Source: an uncultured Dehalococcoidia bacterium | GTDB lineage: Bacteria; Chloroflexota; Dehalococcoidia; Lucifugimonadales; UBA3495 | Assembly: GCA_964347975.1 (NCBI GenBank) | Contig: CAYGAY010000007.1 | Coordinates: 11,066 to 75,065, forward strand | DNA: 64,000 bases | Direction: 5' to 3' | Part shown: piece by piece, positions 62,785 to 64,000 of the stretch | Position numbering within the stretch: the stretch's first letter is position 1 | Layout of the letters: each line of letters begins with the position of its first letter | The notes under the pieces: generated by a model | Told to the model about the DNA's origin: nothing | Databases searched by the model: none | The model's input: only the letters and a program-made list of their open reading frames with translations | Program-made: the position numbers and the translations under genes

Positions 62785-62865
62785 CTCCGCCCCCTACAGG
62801 CGCCGGTCCAGGGCCGGCGCTTTAGTTTGTACTCGCCACTTTCCCAACATTCCCCAGGTACAGGT

Positions 62866-64000
62866 ATGACCGCCCTGCAAACTCCCGCCCGGCAGATCCG
62901 CAACATCGGTTTCATCGCGCACATTGACGCCGGCAAGACCACGGTTACCGAACGTGTCCTCTATCTGACTGGGCGCATCCGCAAGGTCGGCGGCGTGGAC
63001 GAAGGCACCACAGCCATGGACTGGATGCCCCAGGAGAAGGAACGGGGGATCACCATCACCGCCGCCGCCACCACCGCCTACTGGCGGGACTATCAGGTCA
63101 ACATCATCGACACGCCGGGCCACGTGGACTTCACCGCCGAAGTGGAACGCAGCCTGCGGGTGCTGGACGGCGGCATTGTCGTCCTGGACGCCGTGGCCGG
63201 CGTGCAGCCGCAGTCGGAAACGGTGTGGCGACAGGCTGACACCTACAACGTGCCTCGCATCTGCTTCGTCAACAAGATGGACCGGGTGGGGGCCTCCTAC
63301 GAGCGGACGATAGAATCCATACGACGTCGTCTGAAAGGAAACCCCGTGCCGGTACAGGTGCCGATTGGGGCGGAAGACGAATTTCGCGGCGTGGTCGATC
63401 TGATTGAAGGCCAGGCCGTTATGTATTCCGACGGGAGGGACGACGTGGCCGATCCTCCGGAACTCATTCCGGTGCCGGCGGAATACGAAAAGGCTTATCA
63501 GGACTACCGGCAGGAGATGGTCGAAAAGATCGTCGAAACCGACGAGGATCTGCTCATCAAGTACCTGGAGGGCGAGGATATTTGCGCGGACGACCTCCGC
63601 TTGGCGCTGCGCAACGCTACCATCAACCGGCAGTTGGTGCCGGTTCTGTGCGGCAGCGCCATGCGGGGCAAGGGCATCGACCCCCTGCTGGACGCCATCA
63701 TCTGCTACCTGCCGTCGCCGCTGGACGTCCCCGCCGTGGCCGGCGCTGTGCCGGGCACCGACGACGTTGAAATTCGCGAGCCCCTGGAAAGCGAGCCGCT
63801 ATCGGCCCTGGCCTTCAAGGTGGTGGTCGATCCCTACGTGGGCCGGCTGGTGTTCCTGCGCATTTACTCGGGCAAAGTGGATTCGGGCGCGGCGGTGCGC
63901 AACGTGACCCGGGGCAACCGGGAACGCATGGGCCGACTGCTGCGGATGCACGCCAATCGCCGGGAAGAACTGCCCGACATCACTGCCGGCAACATCTGCG
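62866..64000 (+). CDS. fusA: elongation factor G, N-terminal part (gene runs off the 3' edge)
   Basis: ATG 62866. IRNIGFIAHIDAGKTTVTERVLY...DWMPQEKERGITI...IIDTPGHVDF. The frame is open to the window end and is not in the ORF track because no stop is reached. Confidence 0.95.
   Translation, partial: MTALQTPARQIRNIGFIAHIDAGKTTVTERVLYLTGRIRKVGGVDEGTTAMDWMPQEKERGITITAAATTAYWRDYQVNIIDTPGHVDFTAEVERSLRVLDGGIVVLDAVAGVQPQSETVWRQADTYNVPRICFVNKMDRVGASYERTIESIRRRLKGNPVPVQVPIGAEDEFRGVVDLIEGQAVMYSDGRDDVADPPELIPVPAEYEKAYQDYRQEMVEKIVETDEDLLIKYLEGEDICADDLRLALRNATINRQLVPVLCGSAMRGKGIDPLLDAIICYLPSPLDVPAVAGAVPGTDDVEIREPLESEPLSALAFKVVVDPYVGRLVFLRIYSGKVDSGAAVRNVTRGNRERMGRLLRMHANRREELPDITAGNIC

Noticed and set aside
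1-64000. I looked for CRISPR arrays, rRNA genes, further tRNAs, tmRNA/RNase P/SRP RNA signatures, transposases, integrases and reverse transcriptases.
   Set aside because: - None could be supported by eye. The only T-arm-like GGTTCGAATCC is in tRNA-Ser at 17090-17179.
- A proper covariance-model scan (tRNAscan-SE, Infernal/Rfam) is needed to exclude small RNAs, especially in 9725-10169 and 48100-48290.

Overview
This is a high-G+C bacterial chromosomal segment, densely coding. It has no rRNA, CRISPR array, transposase or integrase that I can see.

The gene content suggests a Chloroflexota-like, possibly marine, organism. This is inference only. It rests on a T-box leader, the F420 biosynthesis genes cofG-cofH-cofD-cofC plus an LLM oxidoreductase, a CaiB-type CoA-transferase, a CoxLMS-type molybdenum hydroxylase, a 'VTREV'-repeat stalk lipoprotein, and many GTCATTGCGAGC-type palindromic repeats.

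Housekeeping genes:
- ilvB'(partial)-ilvN-ilvC-leuA
- a second ilvB paralog behind a T-box riboswitch
- tRNA-Ser(GGA), fabI, ruvB
- a PduO-type adenosyltransferase
- hisH/hisA
- split methylmalonyl-CoA mutase
- modABC
- rpsL-rpsG-fusA'(partial)

Most interesting observations:
1. panD is translationally coupled to two tandem sarcosine/dimethylglycine-N-methyltransferase-like paralogs, followed by a third SAM methyltransferase. The set sits behind a near-consensus promoter and a ~440-nt leader. This is a candidate aspartate -> beta-alanine -> beta-alanine betaine pathway.
2. A BCP/PrxQ-type peroxiredoxin carries an in-frame TGA exactly at the peroxidatic Cys position, making it a candidate selenoprotein.
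3. There are two diverged copies of a two-gene module (small unknown protein + HEPN-like protein). One copy is inserted inside a Mo-hydroxylase gene cluster.
4. A visibly lower-G+C island carries PLD and PD-(D/E)XK-like nuclease genes (several frame-disrupted), PaREP1/HEPN-like genes and a HigBA pair.
5. At least 14 copies of MITE/REP-like palindromic elements lie between genes and inflate many ORF N-termini.

All functional calls come from motif recognition by eye. No searches were run.
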